This document shows, piece after piece, positions 23,771 through 36,856 of a stretch of 64,000 bases of DNA. Origin of the DNA: Nemertoderma westbladi (taxonomy: Eukaryota > Animalia > Xenacoelomorpha). The position numbers and the translations under genes are program-made. The DNA lies in assembly GCA_032718475.1 (NCBI GenBank), contig JAUCBJ010008580.1:1-64000 (forward strand). The letters run 5' to 3'. The stretch's first letter is position 1. Every line of letters starts with the position of its first letter. The notes under the pieces were generated by a model. That model did not search any database and was not told where the DNA came from. It saw only the letters and a program-made list of their open reading frames with translations.

Positions 23771-24919
23771 TGTTCGCGCTTTCAGACCTTTAGCAGTTTA
23801 ACCCGCCAATTTTAGGTGTCCTCTTATTTATAAATCGACTTTAGCCTATAACAATTATTTAATGCACATGAAGTAACATTAGCCGAAGCCAGTCTATGCG
23901 CGATCATTCACCCACGGTTAAGGGAGACTGGATTCGGATGCTTTGAAGTGATTGCGGTGCAGACCTACGGTATTATTCGATTGGTAGTTACTATATAATC
24001 TCTGACAATATTATTCACTTTCGGGGAAATATTAACAGTTCCTTTAGGACGTGGCGCTTTAAGTATAAAACAGAGTTATGACTTACACTAAACACATCGA
24101 GATGGCTATTGATTTTCGTAAATGGCGCATTCTTTAGGAGATGCTTTATTATCTGTTACACTACTGCATACGATTTCACACTGCTGCACACTGATCTGCC
24201 GACCGTCACTGAATTTAATCATATATAAGGAGGATAGCAACTGACACATGTAGGGCTTATGAAATAGCATTGAATGCACACAAAAACCACTGTAATGTAA
24301 GTCGCAATTGCTACCGGTAACCAGTCTCTCTAACCTTTGGTAATCAAGAAGATTGGGGTTTTATGATTATTTCTCGATATTCTCCAAATATAAAAACATA
24401 TCCATCAACAGGTAACAATTAATAACCGACAGTAAATAGCAGTAAAATAATGCGGTGAAATTGGTGCAGTTTGGATTGTTCAGTGTAGTGTGTTTGGTAA
24501 TAGATTTACGCTTTTATAATCAAAGCCGTCTAATGTTGGCCAAAGTCTGAAACTTCCAACACAGAAGCACAGAATCATTTCCAAGCAGTTGTTCTCGCTC
24601 AGAAAGGTAAACAAAGACCGTCATGCATTGCGCGGTTTTCCGTAGGCCTCTGTGCAAAATCGCTCTGATTGGTCGAGCGAGCCGAACAAAGGAAGTTAAG
24701 AAAGCTCCACATCGACATCAAATCAGCTGATAGATTTCGTCATCTGAACTACACTGTATTAAGAGTATTTGGGGTATTGCGGCATAAAATGGCTTGTTAT
24801 GTCCGCTAAAACACCTACAGAGTACATTGCGGAGAAAATGGCTTGTTATGTCCGCTAAAACAACTAAACAGTTCATAGCGGAGAAAAAATGACTGGTTAT
24901 ATCCGCAAAAGCTTTTACA
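23771..24919 (-). repeat. BEL-1 5' LTR (type A, 1149 bp)
   Basis: Direct repeat of 3999-5158, flanked by TSD ATGAG. Confidence 0.96.
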
Positions 24920-25581
24920 ATGAGATGGAGAATGAAAATAGTGAGGGTCAGGATGAAGTTGAAGAGAGTGATGTTGAGAATGAAGAAAGTGAAGATCAGG
25001 AAGAGGATGAAGAAAGTGAAGATCAAGAAGAGGGTGAAGAAAGCAAAGGTCAGGAAGAGAATGAAGAAAGTGAAGAACAGGAAGGGGATGAAGAAAGTGA
25101 AGAACAGGAAGAGGATGAAGAAGAGGAAGAGGAAGAGGATGAAGGAAGTGAAGGTGGGGAAGAGGATGAAGAAAGTGAAGGTCAGAAAGAGGGTGAAGAA
25201 AGTGAAGATCAGGAAAGTGAAGAATAGGATGAAAATGTTGATAATGAGGAAATATTGCGACAACTACTTGAAAATAAGATTAAATTGCAGAAAATTATTA
25301 ATCATTTGAAGGAAAATGAAGAAAATAAAGAGGTGACATTGACCCAAGTTCTAGGAAGTAAAATTAAATTACATAAATTTATTAAATATTTAGAAGAGAA
25401 TGAATAAAGAAGAGATATTGAGGCAAATATTAGTAAACAAAAATCAAATGCGGAAATTTATTAAACAAATAGAAGAAAATGAAGAAAATTGAGAAGAAAT
25501 ATTAACACAGGTCCTGGTAAATAAAAGTAAATTATTGAAAATTAATGAACAATTGAATAAAATTAAGAAACAGTTGGTTAA
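24920..25581 (+). pseudogene. Continuation of the decayed acidic-protein gene; Glu/Asp-rich 27-bp tandem coding repeat
   Basis: EESEDQEED-type repeats at about 24980-25225 continue the DEEEEDDE run cut at 3998; after removing the TTAA element it resumes at 27178 (QLV/NEEDESKENQPSF). Confidence 0.55.
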
Positions 25582-27173
25582 CCCTATTAAACCCGGGGGG
25601 GGGGGGGGGAGGGGTCAATATGACCCCCCTCGCGGTTTTTTTATTATAATTCTGAAACAAACGCAGTTGGGAATCTGAAATTTTATGAATTTTCCTAAAA
25701 ATCTATTGTCTTCCTAGTATTGAAAATCGTTTTCAAAAATATTGGGTAGTTTTCGAGTTATAGCACCATTTTTTAACCCTACTTTTGGCACTTTTTTGAG
25801 ACGTTTTTTGAAAATTACATTTCATTAAATGTTAATTGTAACATCTCTATTATTGATTTACACCGGTTTTTTGGTGTTAGAAATTGGATGGATTTCATAT
25901 AAATTGATTTAGAAATTTCAAACTTGTTTTTTTCGGCGGGTGCCAATTTTTGGTGCCAGCACCAAATTTTGAAATATGTCAATTTTGTAAATTGATTGTG
26001 TGAAACTTGTTTTTTACGCAATTGGGGTTTTTTGGGGTTCTGGTTTCGATGAAATATATACGAGTTGCACCAAGCGTATCAAACTTGTATTTTTCGGTGG
26101 TGGGTGCAAATTTTGGTGCTGCACAAAATTTTGAAAATCCATTCAATTGATAAAATTGTTTGTGACAATTTATTTCTTGCGTTTTAGAGGTTTATGGCTA
26201 TTCTGAATTGAATGGAATATATAATTTTCGATCTAGGTATCTCAAACTTGTATTTTTCGGAAGTGGGTGCAAAATGTGGTGCTAGCACCAAATTTTGAAA
26301 ACCATCAAATATGTCAATTGATTGTGTCACCTTGTTTCTTGCGTTATACGGGTTTGTGATGGTTCTGAATTCATTGGAATCAGTAAAAATTTCATAAGAG
26401 TTCTCAAACTTGTATTTTTCGCCGGTGGGTGAAAATTGTTGTGCCAGAACCAAATTTTGGAAAATATGCAAATTGATAATTACATAGTATCACCTTGTTT
26501 CTTGCGTTATACGGGTTTATGAGGGTCCTGAATCCGATGGAATCAATAAAAACAGCACTGGACATCGCAAACTTGTAGTTTTTGGTGATGGGTACGAAAT
26601 TTGGTGCTAGCACCAAAATTTGCCAAATTACGCCAAAAAATACAAGTAGCAATGATCTGGCATATTAGAAATGTATTCCATTAGAATCAGCGCCCTCGAA
26701 AACCTGAAAATGTGAATTTAAAGCATCGTATAAGTGAAATAAAAATTTTTGTGTTCTAACTGAAAAGTGCTGGTTACTTGTTTTTTTCATTTTTTTCCTA
26801 CGCAGAGAGGACTAAACACCCATTTATAGTAATCATATCATTTTTTAATATTTTCCAATGTATTTTGCACCCCAGAAAACCTGTATTGAAAAATAATTAG
26901 CCGAAAATGTAACTTTCAAATTTGGTGAAAATTGTGCACTACTTGTAATTTTGGTGCTGCAATATAACAACCCCAGTACATTTTTTCGAAAAATTTTTTT
27001 TCGGTCGGATCCAGACAAGTGAAACCTACGTACAAACAAAAAATCAGACGTTTTCGTAAATATTATTTTGTAGATTTTAGAGGGGGGGGGGGGGGGGGGG
27101 GGGGGGGGGTGGGGGGTCAATATGACCCCCCCCCGGTATTTGTACATCATTTTATAGCCCGGTACTAATAGGG
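25582..27173. mobile_element. Non-autonomous piggyBac-like DNA element
   Basis: TTAA TSD (25578-25581, 27174-27177), termini CCCTATTA...TAATAGGG, subterminal GGGGTCAATATGACCCC palindromes, internal ~120-bp degenerate repeats, no transposase. Confidence 0.85.
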
Positions 27174-27312
27174 TTAATGAGGAAGATGAAAGTAAAGAAA
27201 ATCAACCATCTTTTACTTATTTTCGAAGACCTATGATAAAAAAAACTCTCATACAGTATATACCCGCGCAGGAGGACGCTATTGATATTTGTTTGTTTGA
27301 GTTGCTTTCATA

Positions 27313-27430
27313 ATAGTATTAGGACTATTTATCCATAACAATTATATTAGTATTATGAGTATTTATCCATAACAATTATATTAGTATTAGGAGTATTTAT
27401 CCATAATAATTATATTAGTATTATAAATAT
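27313..27430. repeat. Tandem repeat, about 34-bp unit x3
   Basis: AGTATTAGGAGTATTTATCCATAACAATTATATT repeated. Confidence 0.8.
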
Positions 27431-27497
27431 TATTTACCCACAATATTTATTGTGTCATACAGTAGATATTGTGTAATAGTCATACAGTAGATATTGT

Positions 27498-28509
27498 GTA
27501 ATAATAATAATAATAATTGTTTATTCGAGGACCCCCAAGTTTCCCTGGTGTCCCATAACGTACATGGCCTATAGTTCTAGCACAAACAAAAAGTAGAGTA
27601 AAGTAATGTAGTAAGGAAACACAATTGTATGTACACGTAATAAATTAATAAGACCCTTATTCAGCCCAATTTCTTAAAACAGACATCCCCATGATTCTAC
27701 TATGGCAGCAAGTGGTCATAATAGTTGCCTGTACGAGGCTATTCGGGCAACTATAGGCACGGCCTAAAAAAGACGTTATAGCCCCCGATCTAATATGAAT
27801 AAACTTTGATAACCCCAGGCTACCAAACATATACGAAGCACTGCACCCCCATGGAGATTTGAATAACCTCCTTGCTGTATTATTATACGCTACCCTAAAC
27901 TTATTATGCACCATACTAGAATAATTTGACCTAGCCCACAGTGAATTACAGTATATCTGGGTACAAAAACTACGAAATAATTTAATTTTTACCGTAACCG
28001 AGCACCCCCCGAATTTCCTAATTATAATATTTGCACGCCTACAAAAACTACGAAGTTGATTGTAAATATCAAAATCATCATCGGTAGAGCTACACAGGAT
28101 GTGCCCTAAGTACTTTACCTCTGACACTACTTCAATATTAAGACCATTAATTGTAACCTGACCGACATCTGTATTCTTCGCACATTTTGGATAATAAAAT
28201 AAGCACTTGGTTTTCTTACAATTTACTTTTATACAATGCTCTAATGCGTACGATTCAAAAATATGAAGTAACTTTTGTAACCCATTAATCGATTTCGAAC
28301 ATATCGCTAAGTCATCCGCGTACATTAAATTATTAATACGGACCCCTGACATTTGACACCCTATCCCCGAATTAGAAAGTTCCTTACTTAGGTCATCTTC
28401 ATCTATATACACACTATACAGGTACGGCGATAATATCCCACCCTGTTTCGTACCATTTGAAACCTGAAAACTCTCTGATATGCACTCCCCCCATTTTTCA
28501 AAAAGAACC
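27498..28509 (-). mobile_element. 5'-truncated non-LTR retrotransposon, RTE-X-like; RT C-terminal ORF 27657-28412
   Basis: KQGGILSPYLY, NNLMYADDL, KYLGH, VAYNN and CSASYMF motifs; AATAAA followed by an (ATT)n tail at 27498-27526. The clade call is from recalled motif style. Confidence 0.8.
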
Positions 28510-29589
28510 TGTGATATGTGTAATGTGTCATATATAGTGTGTTATATGTTATATGACAGTCTGCATGTAGACGGGCAATATACAGTTATCTGATACATAC
28601 TGTACTTCATGGCGATGAGGATGTCAGGATAGGCCTGCAGGTAGTAGGCCACAGTATTGCGTTAGGCCTAAGAAACCTGCAAGTAGGCAGGTAGGCCAGG
28701 CAAGTAGCCTAAACATGACTGCGAGATAAGCGATATAATAAATAAACTGCCGGCTAACTGATAAACTGTTCGATTATTGTTGTTAAACATTTGAATTTAT
28801 GATTATGGCCCATGGAATTGATCCACGTACATTTATTCTGAAAAAATGTGGTCCAGAGTTTGATGTTTCATCGGACCGCTTAGATATTTGGCGTGCACGG
28901 TATGATGTGAACACAACTGTTAAAATTCATCACTAAGAAGACTACTGAGGATGTAGTCGATGATGCGGAGTTGGTAAATAATGACGATACTGCTAGTGTA
29001 ATACTGCAACTTAACGATAAGCTTCCTGTGGCGGATAAATTCGATATCGAATTAATTTTGAATGGAATAGAGGCACACATCCGGGGTGCAACCAACATAC
29101 GAGTATACCGAGATGAACTGATGAAGAGAACTCAGAAAAGCAGAGAACGGTTTCGGGATTTCCTTCTGGACCTACGAGATAAACTCAAACACTGCGGATA
29201 TAAAAATGAAGCAGGAGACCCTGAAGACAACCGACTGCTCGATACTATTATATTCAACGTCCATGATGGCGAGGCTAAACGTAAACTTCTCGAGAAAGGA
29301 AACGATTTAACCATTGATGAGGCTATACGAATATGTGAAGCAGATGAAGCTTCACGTATGGATCAGGCAAAATTAACAGGAAATTCACATATTGTTTGAG
29401 ACAGTCTAAATGATATAAATAAACTCAGTCAGTATAAACAGCCAAAGTCCCCACAAGAATGTCATCTTGTAATATGAATGCCGGTACTAGAAATAGTTCT
29501 GAACCACTCCGGGCCCAGGGCTATGGGCCACGGTGTAGGCAGTGTGCAAGACACCCACACAATCCTGGAGAAATTTGTCCTGCTAACTA

Positions 29590-29738
29590 ACAATCTCCGA
29601 TGCGATAATTGCGGATCGTTCGGGCATTTTCGAGCAGTATGTAGGAATTCAACTTCTGTATACAGTACACAGAATTTGAATTCCTACATACTGCTCGAAA
29701 ATGCCCAAACGATCCGCAATTATTGCATCGGAGATTGT
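29590..29738. repeat. Near-perfect fold-back inverted repeat, ~73-bp arms with a 3-nt loop
   Basis: ACAATCTCCGATGC...TTCTGTATA cag TACACAGAA...GCATCGGAGATTGT; both strands translate NLRC(D/N)NCGSFGHFRAVCRNS. Confidence 0.95.
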
Positions 29739-31892
29739 GGTGGTGGTGGTCCACCTCGCCAGACCAGAGCATTCCAAAGTAGTCGAGGTAATCCTCGTTA
29801 TAACCATGTCCACATGTGCAATGCAGACTATGAACAGGACTATGACAATGAAAGTTATCCCAATGTGGGAAATATAGATCTTGATGATAATGTTTATGGT
29901 TCATACCATAGTAGCAACACAGAATACAACGAAAATTCTGATGAATCTTTTCTCACATCTTTAATCGCTGTTACTAAAAATGCAGATGTAAGAGGCTTGG
30001 ATGTTCTGTACATCATCATCCGAGGTGCTGGATTACGTGGTCTAAGGGATGGGAGTATTTTAGATTTGGTTGGCTACCGGACAGTGGGGCCAATGTCACC
30101 ACATTGACTATGAAAATATTTCATAAATATGGGGGAATTTATATCAACTCCATGCAGGAGACAACCCACATGGTCCAGACGGTACACCAGCATCGTTAAC
30201 CACTATAGGTTTATTTCAGGGGGAGTTATGGCTAGGCACTAAATATTATCATACAAGTATCATGGTGAGTGAAGGCCTTATAACCCCAATTCTATCACGA
30301 CAAGGCTGTATTAAACTAGGTTTATTGCCAGAAAGTTTCCCTCGACAACTATTCAAAATTCACTCTCAAGGGCCAGCAGTATCCCCTAGCTCTAAACATA
30401 TCAACATAGATGCTGAATGGCTACGCACTGGTGAACCAGTGCAACTACGCTTTCATAATGACATCACTCCAGTAAAAGTATATACTCTACGACAAATACC
30501 CTTACCATTACGAGATATTGTAAAATCTGATTTAGCAAAACTCAGTGAAGACTGTGTTATCGAACCCGTAATTGATGCCCCCGATTGGATATCTCCCATG
30601 GTCGCTGTCCCCATAAAGTGACAGCCACAAGAGAAAACTAAAATTAGGTTAACAGTTGACTTTCAAGCTCTCAATAGAGCTATAGTTCGACCCATATTTC
30701 AAATTCGCCCGCCACGTGATATCGTAAGCTCACTACCAGACTGGGCCATGCATTTCACAGTATTGGATGGCCTAAAAGGATACAATCAAGTAGGCCTCCA
30801 CGAGAATAGTCGCCACTTTACAACATTTGTTACCCCATTTGGACTCTACCGTTACCTTCATATTACCATGGGGATCTCGTCAGCTAGCGATGAGTAGAAC
30901 CGCCGACTATTTGAGGCTATTGACCCTTTGCCATGCGCAGATAATGTGGTCGAAGATATTATTATTTTCAGCAGCAATGTAGAAGACCACATCCATGATG
31001 TTGAATTTATTGAAACAATGTGAACGATTTGCAATCTCACTCAATCCTACTATGGTACAATTCTGTCAAACAGAAGTGTCATTTGGCAGTTATAAGGTGT
31101 CAAAAGGTATGTGTGATGTAATACCAGTCGAGGTTAATGAACTCATAACCTGACATGGGCGCCAGAAAATCATTATTACAATATTAACTGTAATTCTCAA
31201 GAATGATTATTTTCGCTCAGATTATTGACCTTCGGTTAATGTATTATAAACATTAGGTGATGGGCTTATTGAGTTGGGATATTAGATAGGTATACCATAT
31301 ACTACTACTGTGTAGTTTATTGACCTATGTTTGATGTATTGTAAAACATCTGGTGATGGGTTAATTGAGTTGAGATATAGTTTATATCATTATCTTGGTA
31401 TAAAAAAGATTTATTGTTACCAACACCGATCGTGTTGGATTTAATAATTTCAAAGATTAATATAGGTAACATTTATGTTTCTATAAATTATATTTTGAAC
31501 TTACATATTATGTATCTTATATTGATACCACAACATTTGCGCAGTGTGAGGTGCATCATTCAATATATTTGCATATCCTATATTTGCTTTCTTCTTCCGC
31601 TCTTGCTTAGAAGTCCAGCAACACGATGGCCGATATAAAATCATTAAAAACAGCCAAATCAACTGCTCAATCATGGGTCTCCAGAGCAATTATTAACGAA
31701 TCGAAGGAAGTTGTTCTTTCATTGTGGTCATCAGATGCATGACGCAAAATTCACATTCACCGTGCCCTGCGCGATGTCGACCTTATACTACCCCTTATTG
31801 AATCTTTTCGGAAAGCCATTGCTGCTTATGAAAATGAAACCCAGATACTAGACGACGATGCTCAATATCGTGCAACACGTGCATCTTTAGAA

Positions 31893-33599
31893 GTGGAAGA
31901 CCTCCGTGTAGAACTCGACGTCATTCTTAATGAAACTAAGGAAAAGATAAAAAATACTATTGCAAAGGAAGCAGCGCGTGAGAGAGCAGAAGAAGAAGCT
32001 CGAGCTGCAATACACGCAGCTCAACTTCTAGCCATACAAACATCACATCATGGAAACACATCTATTAGTACACAACCTACAAGGAACGTTCCTACACCCC
32101 ATAAGTTAAATAAAGATACGGATGCGATGTTTTTCACAGATTGGCGCGCCCAATGGTCTGCATTTGTTCAGGCCTCACATATCCCAGCTCGTGATGAGTT
32201 ATCACACCTACAACTTTCAATGACTCCAGATTTCTTCAGTATAATCAAAACAAATTCCCCAACTGTAGATGTTACTACATGTTCTGGAGAAGAATTCTTA
32301 AACGCAACTGCTAAATATTTAGAAAATCTTTGTAACACCAACATGTCCTGGAAAAAATTACTATCCACGAGACAATCAAACCTAACACCAGGTGAATATA
32401 AAAGCAAACTGGTGGCTAACCGTCGAGGCGTTGGACCCATTACTGACGACACTCTATTATCTGCTTTATTCATTATGGGTCTTGATGATGAAATTCGTAA
32501 ACGAGAATTACTCTCTAAACGGCCACCTCTCAACTTCGATGCTACCGCAGAATATGCAATTACTTTCACTTCAGCATCTGAGGATCCGAAAACGAATACT
32601 ATAGCCGAGATTAAGGAGATATCTGAAAATGAACTTATTGGTGCTGTGTCAGCATACCGTCGGAATAAAGTTACAAATATGACACCACCACCACCAGCAA
32701 ACAAACCTGGATTTAAACAAAACATCAACCAAATGGGAAAACGACCTACCAGTTTTACTCCAATTCATCGAAATGATCCCCGCCCTGCCATGTACACTGC
32801 AGAGGCCAAAAATCATGCCCCGGGAACTTGTTTACGCTGCGGACAAATTTATGATGGGATTGGAGCACACAAGGATTGTCCAGCGAAAGGAACAACATGT
32901 GAGTTTTGTGGAAAAGTTGGTCATTATAAGAGAATATGTTTTCAAAGAAAAGCTTCTCATAACAGCAACATTAATGCCATTACAATTGCTGGTGTTTCAA
33001 ATAATTGTAAAACTGTAGAACTCGATTTTACAGTAAATGGTCAATATATCGGTAAATATTTAGTTCTACCAGATATGGGAGCAGACGTAACAGTCATGGG
33101 AAACGATTTTGCTAGTCAACTGGGTGTCTCAATGGCACCCCTACGTGACAATGACAAGAGGAAATTCATAACTGTATCTGGACAAAACATAAAAAAGGTT
33201 GGTCGAATTGTTTTTACTGCCACATTACATTCAAAATCTGTCAACGTAGATGCCACAGTCTGTGAGGGAGTTAAAGGTCTGTTCTTGGATTGTGAATGCT
33301 GCAGAGCTCTCAATATAATACATGAGCATTTTCCTGAACCAATTTCATTTGATTCCATCAACACCATTAATACTGTTGAAGGCCAATCCTATCCTAATGA
33401 TACTCTTCCTACCAGGTTGCCAGTATATTCAAAAGAACAAACCCGATTATTAATTGAATCGTTACCAAAAAACCCAACATCGAGTCAGATATCAACCCTA
33501 TGGAATAAATTGTTGTATGATTTCTCCACAGTTTTCAATGAATCGGATGAGCTTCAACCAATGAGAGGATCTGCCGGAGTACCATGGAAATTCATCTAA
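31893..33599 (+). CDS. Gypsy-B Gag-protease (true start probably upstream near 31626, disrupted)
   Basis: Two knuckles CLRCG...H...C and CEFCGKVGHYKRIC; protease PDMGAD (variant of DTGA); frameshift into the RT ORF near 33580. Confidence 0.85.
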   Translation: MEDLRVELDVILNETKEKIKNTIAKEAARERAEEEARAAIHAAQLLAIQTSHHGNTSISTQPTRNVPTPHKLNKDTDAMFFTDWRAQWSAFVQASHIPARDELSHLQLSMTPDFFSIIKTNSPTVDVTTCSGEEFLNATAKYLENLCNTNMSWKKLLSTRQSNLTPGEYKSKLVANRRGVGPITDDTLLSALFIMGLDDEIRKRELLSKRPPLNFDATAEYAITFTSASEDPKTNTIAEIKEISENELIGAVSAYRRNKVTNMTPPPPANKPGFKQNINQMGKRPTSFTPIHRNDPRPAMYTAEAKNHAPGTCLRCGQIYDGIGAHKDCPAKGTTCEFCGKVGHYKRICFQRKASHNSNINAITIAGVSNNCKTVELDFTVNGQYIGKYLVLPDMGADVTVMGNDFASQLGVSMAPLRDNDKRKFITVSGQNIKKVGRIVFTATLHSKSVNVDATVCEGVKGLFLDCECCRALNIIHEHFPEPISFDSINTINTVEGQSYPNDTLPTRLPVYSKEQTRLLIESLPKNPTSSQISTLWNKLLYDFSTVFNESDELQPMRGSAGVPWKFI

Positions 33600-35546
33600 A
33601 ACCAAATTATACACCATCATGTATTCGGACGTCCAGATCAATTCCAATCCCATTGAGAAATGCTACCAACAATGAATTGAACAGGATGGTACGCACGGGC
33701 ATCATTGAACGTGTTGGATCCGATGAACCTGCGATATGGTGCCATCCAATGGTAGCAGTCCGTAAGCCAGACAAAACTGTACGCATCTGTGCAGATTTAA
33801 AAGCGCTAAATGATCAAGTCTTATCTCCAATTCACCCGATTCTTACACCTGTGGATGCAGTTAACATAGTAGGATCCGACAACAAATATTATACAAAGCT
33901 AGATGCAGCAAAAGGCTACTGGCAGATGCCATTATCAAAGGAATCTCGCCATCTAACAACATTTCTGTCTTCAATTGGTCGCTTTCGATACTTACGGTCA
34001 CCAATGGGATTCAAGAGTACTGGTGACAGTTATGGTGCCCGTGGTGATGCTATATTTACAGAAATTCCAAAATTTACAAAAATCGTCGATGACTGCCTGT
34101 GCCTATTGGGCGCTAAGACTTTTGCCGAAATAACTCACAACACAATTCAAACATTAGAAATATGCCATAAGTTTGGTGTCACACTCAAAAATAAAAAATG
34201 CCAATTCGCAGTCCCCGAAATAAAATTCGCTGGCATAATCGTAGGCAGAGACGGAACCAAAGTAGATCCTGAAAAAATAGCTGCTATTCATAAATTCCCT
34301 ATTCCCAAAAACATCACGGATATGCATGCCTTTATGGGATTGGCCAATCAGCTAGGTGGCTTCAGTACACAATTAGCTACAGTAACACAACCACTCCGGG
34401 GATTATTAAAGAAGTACACCAATTTTCAATGGTTACCAGAACACCAAGCAGCATTCGATAATACTAAATCAGCACTAACTAACTCACCGATTCTAGCCCA
34501 ATTTAAAATGGACAGGCCAACCAAACTATGGACTGATGCCTCATGTTTAAACGGACTTGGATTTGTCCTGTTACAGGAAGATGAATCGAAGGAATGGCAT
34601 CCAATTTCTTGTGGTAGTTGGTATATTTCAGAAACCGAAAGCCGGTATGCCCCTATCGAACTCGAGGGTCTAGCTATTGTTTGGGCAATAAATAAGGGCC
34701 GGATATACCTTGATGGCCTTGATCATTTCATTGTAAAAACAGACCACAATCCCCTCTGTTCTATTTTCAATAAACAAACCATTGACCGCATTGAGAACAA
34801 ACGTTTACAAACAATGTGTAGTCGTATTTCTCACTTTAGCTTCACAGTAGAATGGACCAAAGGGAAACAGAATCTCGCAGCAGACGCCCTTTCCCGCTAT
34901 CCAGTACAACAACCAGTAGAAGACGATATAATCATTAATGATGAAGCTGATGTCCTATCACCGACACAAACAATTGCTTATTTAGCCAATCTCAGAGAGG
35001 ACTATGACATCACTAATGCAGCCGTTGAGAGAACCCCTTCCATAGATCTCCGACTTAATCGTCTTGTTACTGCGGCAATGGAGGATGATAATTACCAGGA
35101 ACTCATTACCTCAATTAAGGAACATACAATATCAGTATCAGCTAATGAATATGTACGACTTTTTCGCCACTGTTCCAATGAAATGTCTCTAGGAAATGGA
35201 TTTGCCCTTCGCAATAATAGAATTGTAATTCCTCCAACACATGTTGATCAAACTTTGAATGATTTGCATCTATCACACCAGGGATCAGAACGAACAAAAC
35301 GTAGGGCACGTCAGATATGTTTCTGGCCTGGCATGAACAAAGCTATCCAAATTATTGTCAACAATTGTGAGATGTGCCAGTTATATCAAGCATCACAGCC
35401 AAAGGAGGAACTCCAACGCAACAGTCTACCAACCAGACCTTTTGAAGTAGCCTCTTCTGATCTATTTTCTTTGGATCATGCTCATTATCTCGTATATTCT
35501 GATCGGTATTCCGGCTATCCATTTGTCCGACATTTCAATAATGATC
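33584..35546 (+). CDS. Gypsy-B RT-RNase H-integrase N-terminus, cut by a solo LTR
   Basis: LDAAKGYWQ, PMG, IVDD, TDAS, IELEGLA, TDHNPL, ADALSR, HHCC motif (HLSH...CEMC), SDLF. Confidence 0.92.
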
Positions 35547-36108
35547 TGTGACGGGATCCGAGAGGATCCCGGTTTATCCGGTGTCGCTTATGTACGCGTC
35601 AAGGGCCGCACCGTTCGGTGGAAAAGATATAGGAGTTTTGCTTGTTCCGACGTTCTCTAATAACACAGGATAGATAAATATCTGATAGCACGAAATGAGA
35701 TAACTGATGTACCGGTAGAATGTACTGAGTAAACTGGTGTGGCGATGACAGTCTAAATTGTCACCGTACTACCGTGACTGTAGTGACAGACTGAGATAAC
35801 TGAACAAATGATCACTGTACAGATAATATATACTGCACGGGTTGGCCTCATTGCATTACCCAGTCGGTGCCTTCCCCCCATTGGCTAATATCCCTGTTTG
35901 TCACCCTTTGCCCCCCTCTGAAGTGCTTCCCTTCGCCCTTGCTATTCTCTCTCTGTCAGGGGTGTAACCCCTGACCCCTATTGTGCGTTTCTCCTTCCCA
36001 CTTTATTGGGGTGACACGAGGTTGATATTGGTAATCAAACTCGTGTTCCCAATATTGCTTAACGGCTCATTTTATGGGGTTTGGTGAGGCGGAATTGATT
36101 CGCTAACA
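35547..36108. mobile_element. Solo LTR (562 bp) inserted in the Gypsy-B integrase
   Basis: TGTGACG...CTAACA termini; TSD TGATC (35542-35546, 36109-36113); removing it restores FNNDPSAHTVCNALEEWF...RTDRGPQY. Confidence 0.9.
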
Positions 36109-36856
36109 TGATCCATCAGCACACACGGTCTGTAATGCCTTAGAAGAATGGTTTTCCATTACAGGAAATCCTAATGTTTTGAGAACTGATCGCGGACCTC
36201 AATATAGGGCAGAGGAAACAAAAACCTTTCTACGCGAACATGATGTATCATGGGAACCTTCATCCCCTGGTTGCCCATCTAGTAATGGGCATGCGGAATC
36301 ATCCGTAAAACTAGTTAAAACCCTTCTTTGTAAAACCGGGGGTAAATTCCAGAGTTGTTCCTTCATGAAGGGCCTCTTGGAATTGCGAAACACACCGCGT
36401 GAAGATGGACTTTCATCAGCCCAACGCTTTCTAGGCAGAACACTTCGTACAGCCGCTCCAGTTGACCATTCTATTTTAATTAAACCCATCAATACAGACA
36501 CCATATTGGAAGCAGACCGAATTTATAAGGACAACTTAACCAAGCGAGACACTAACTACAACCTTACAGCTACAACATTAAAACCTTTTGAACAAGGAGA
36601 TTTAGTTGATGTTCAGAATAAAACAACCCATAGATGGGATCGACAAGGGATTGTTCATGAAACCAATGTTCCTCTCCGCACTTATACAGTTGCTTTCAAC
36701 AATGGGGCACATCTCATACGGAACAGACGATTTCTTCGCCCTTTGTCCAACTTTCAACCACCTCCGGGAACTCACCCAAGCACGCTACCAAATCCACCAC
36801 TACGACGAAGCACACGACTAAGATCCAATCAATATAAAGGTGAAGGGAACCCTTAA
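36109..36856 (+). CDS. Gypsy-B integrase C-terminal part
   Basis: TDRGPQY, SNGHAESSVK, LRNTP, RNRRFLRP. Confidence 0.9.

Larger units (their letters stand above)
3999..24919 (-). mobile_element. BEL/Pao LTR retrotransposon (BEL-1), full length and chimeric, with an accessory ORF
   Basis: TG...CA terminal LTRs, 5-bp TSD ATGAG (3994-3998 and 24920-24924), Gag-PR-RT-RH-IN order with BEL/Pao motifs, PPT next to the 3' LTR. Confidence 0.96.

Noticed and set aside
24718-25309. Hydrophobic 181-aa (minus) and Lys/Arg-rich 129-aa (plus) ORFs
   Set aside because: Antisense and off-frame shadows of the GAA-rich acidic repeat.
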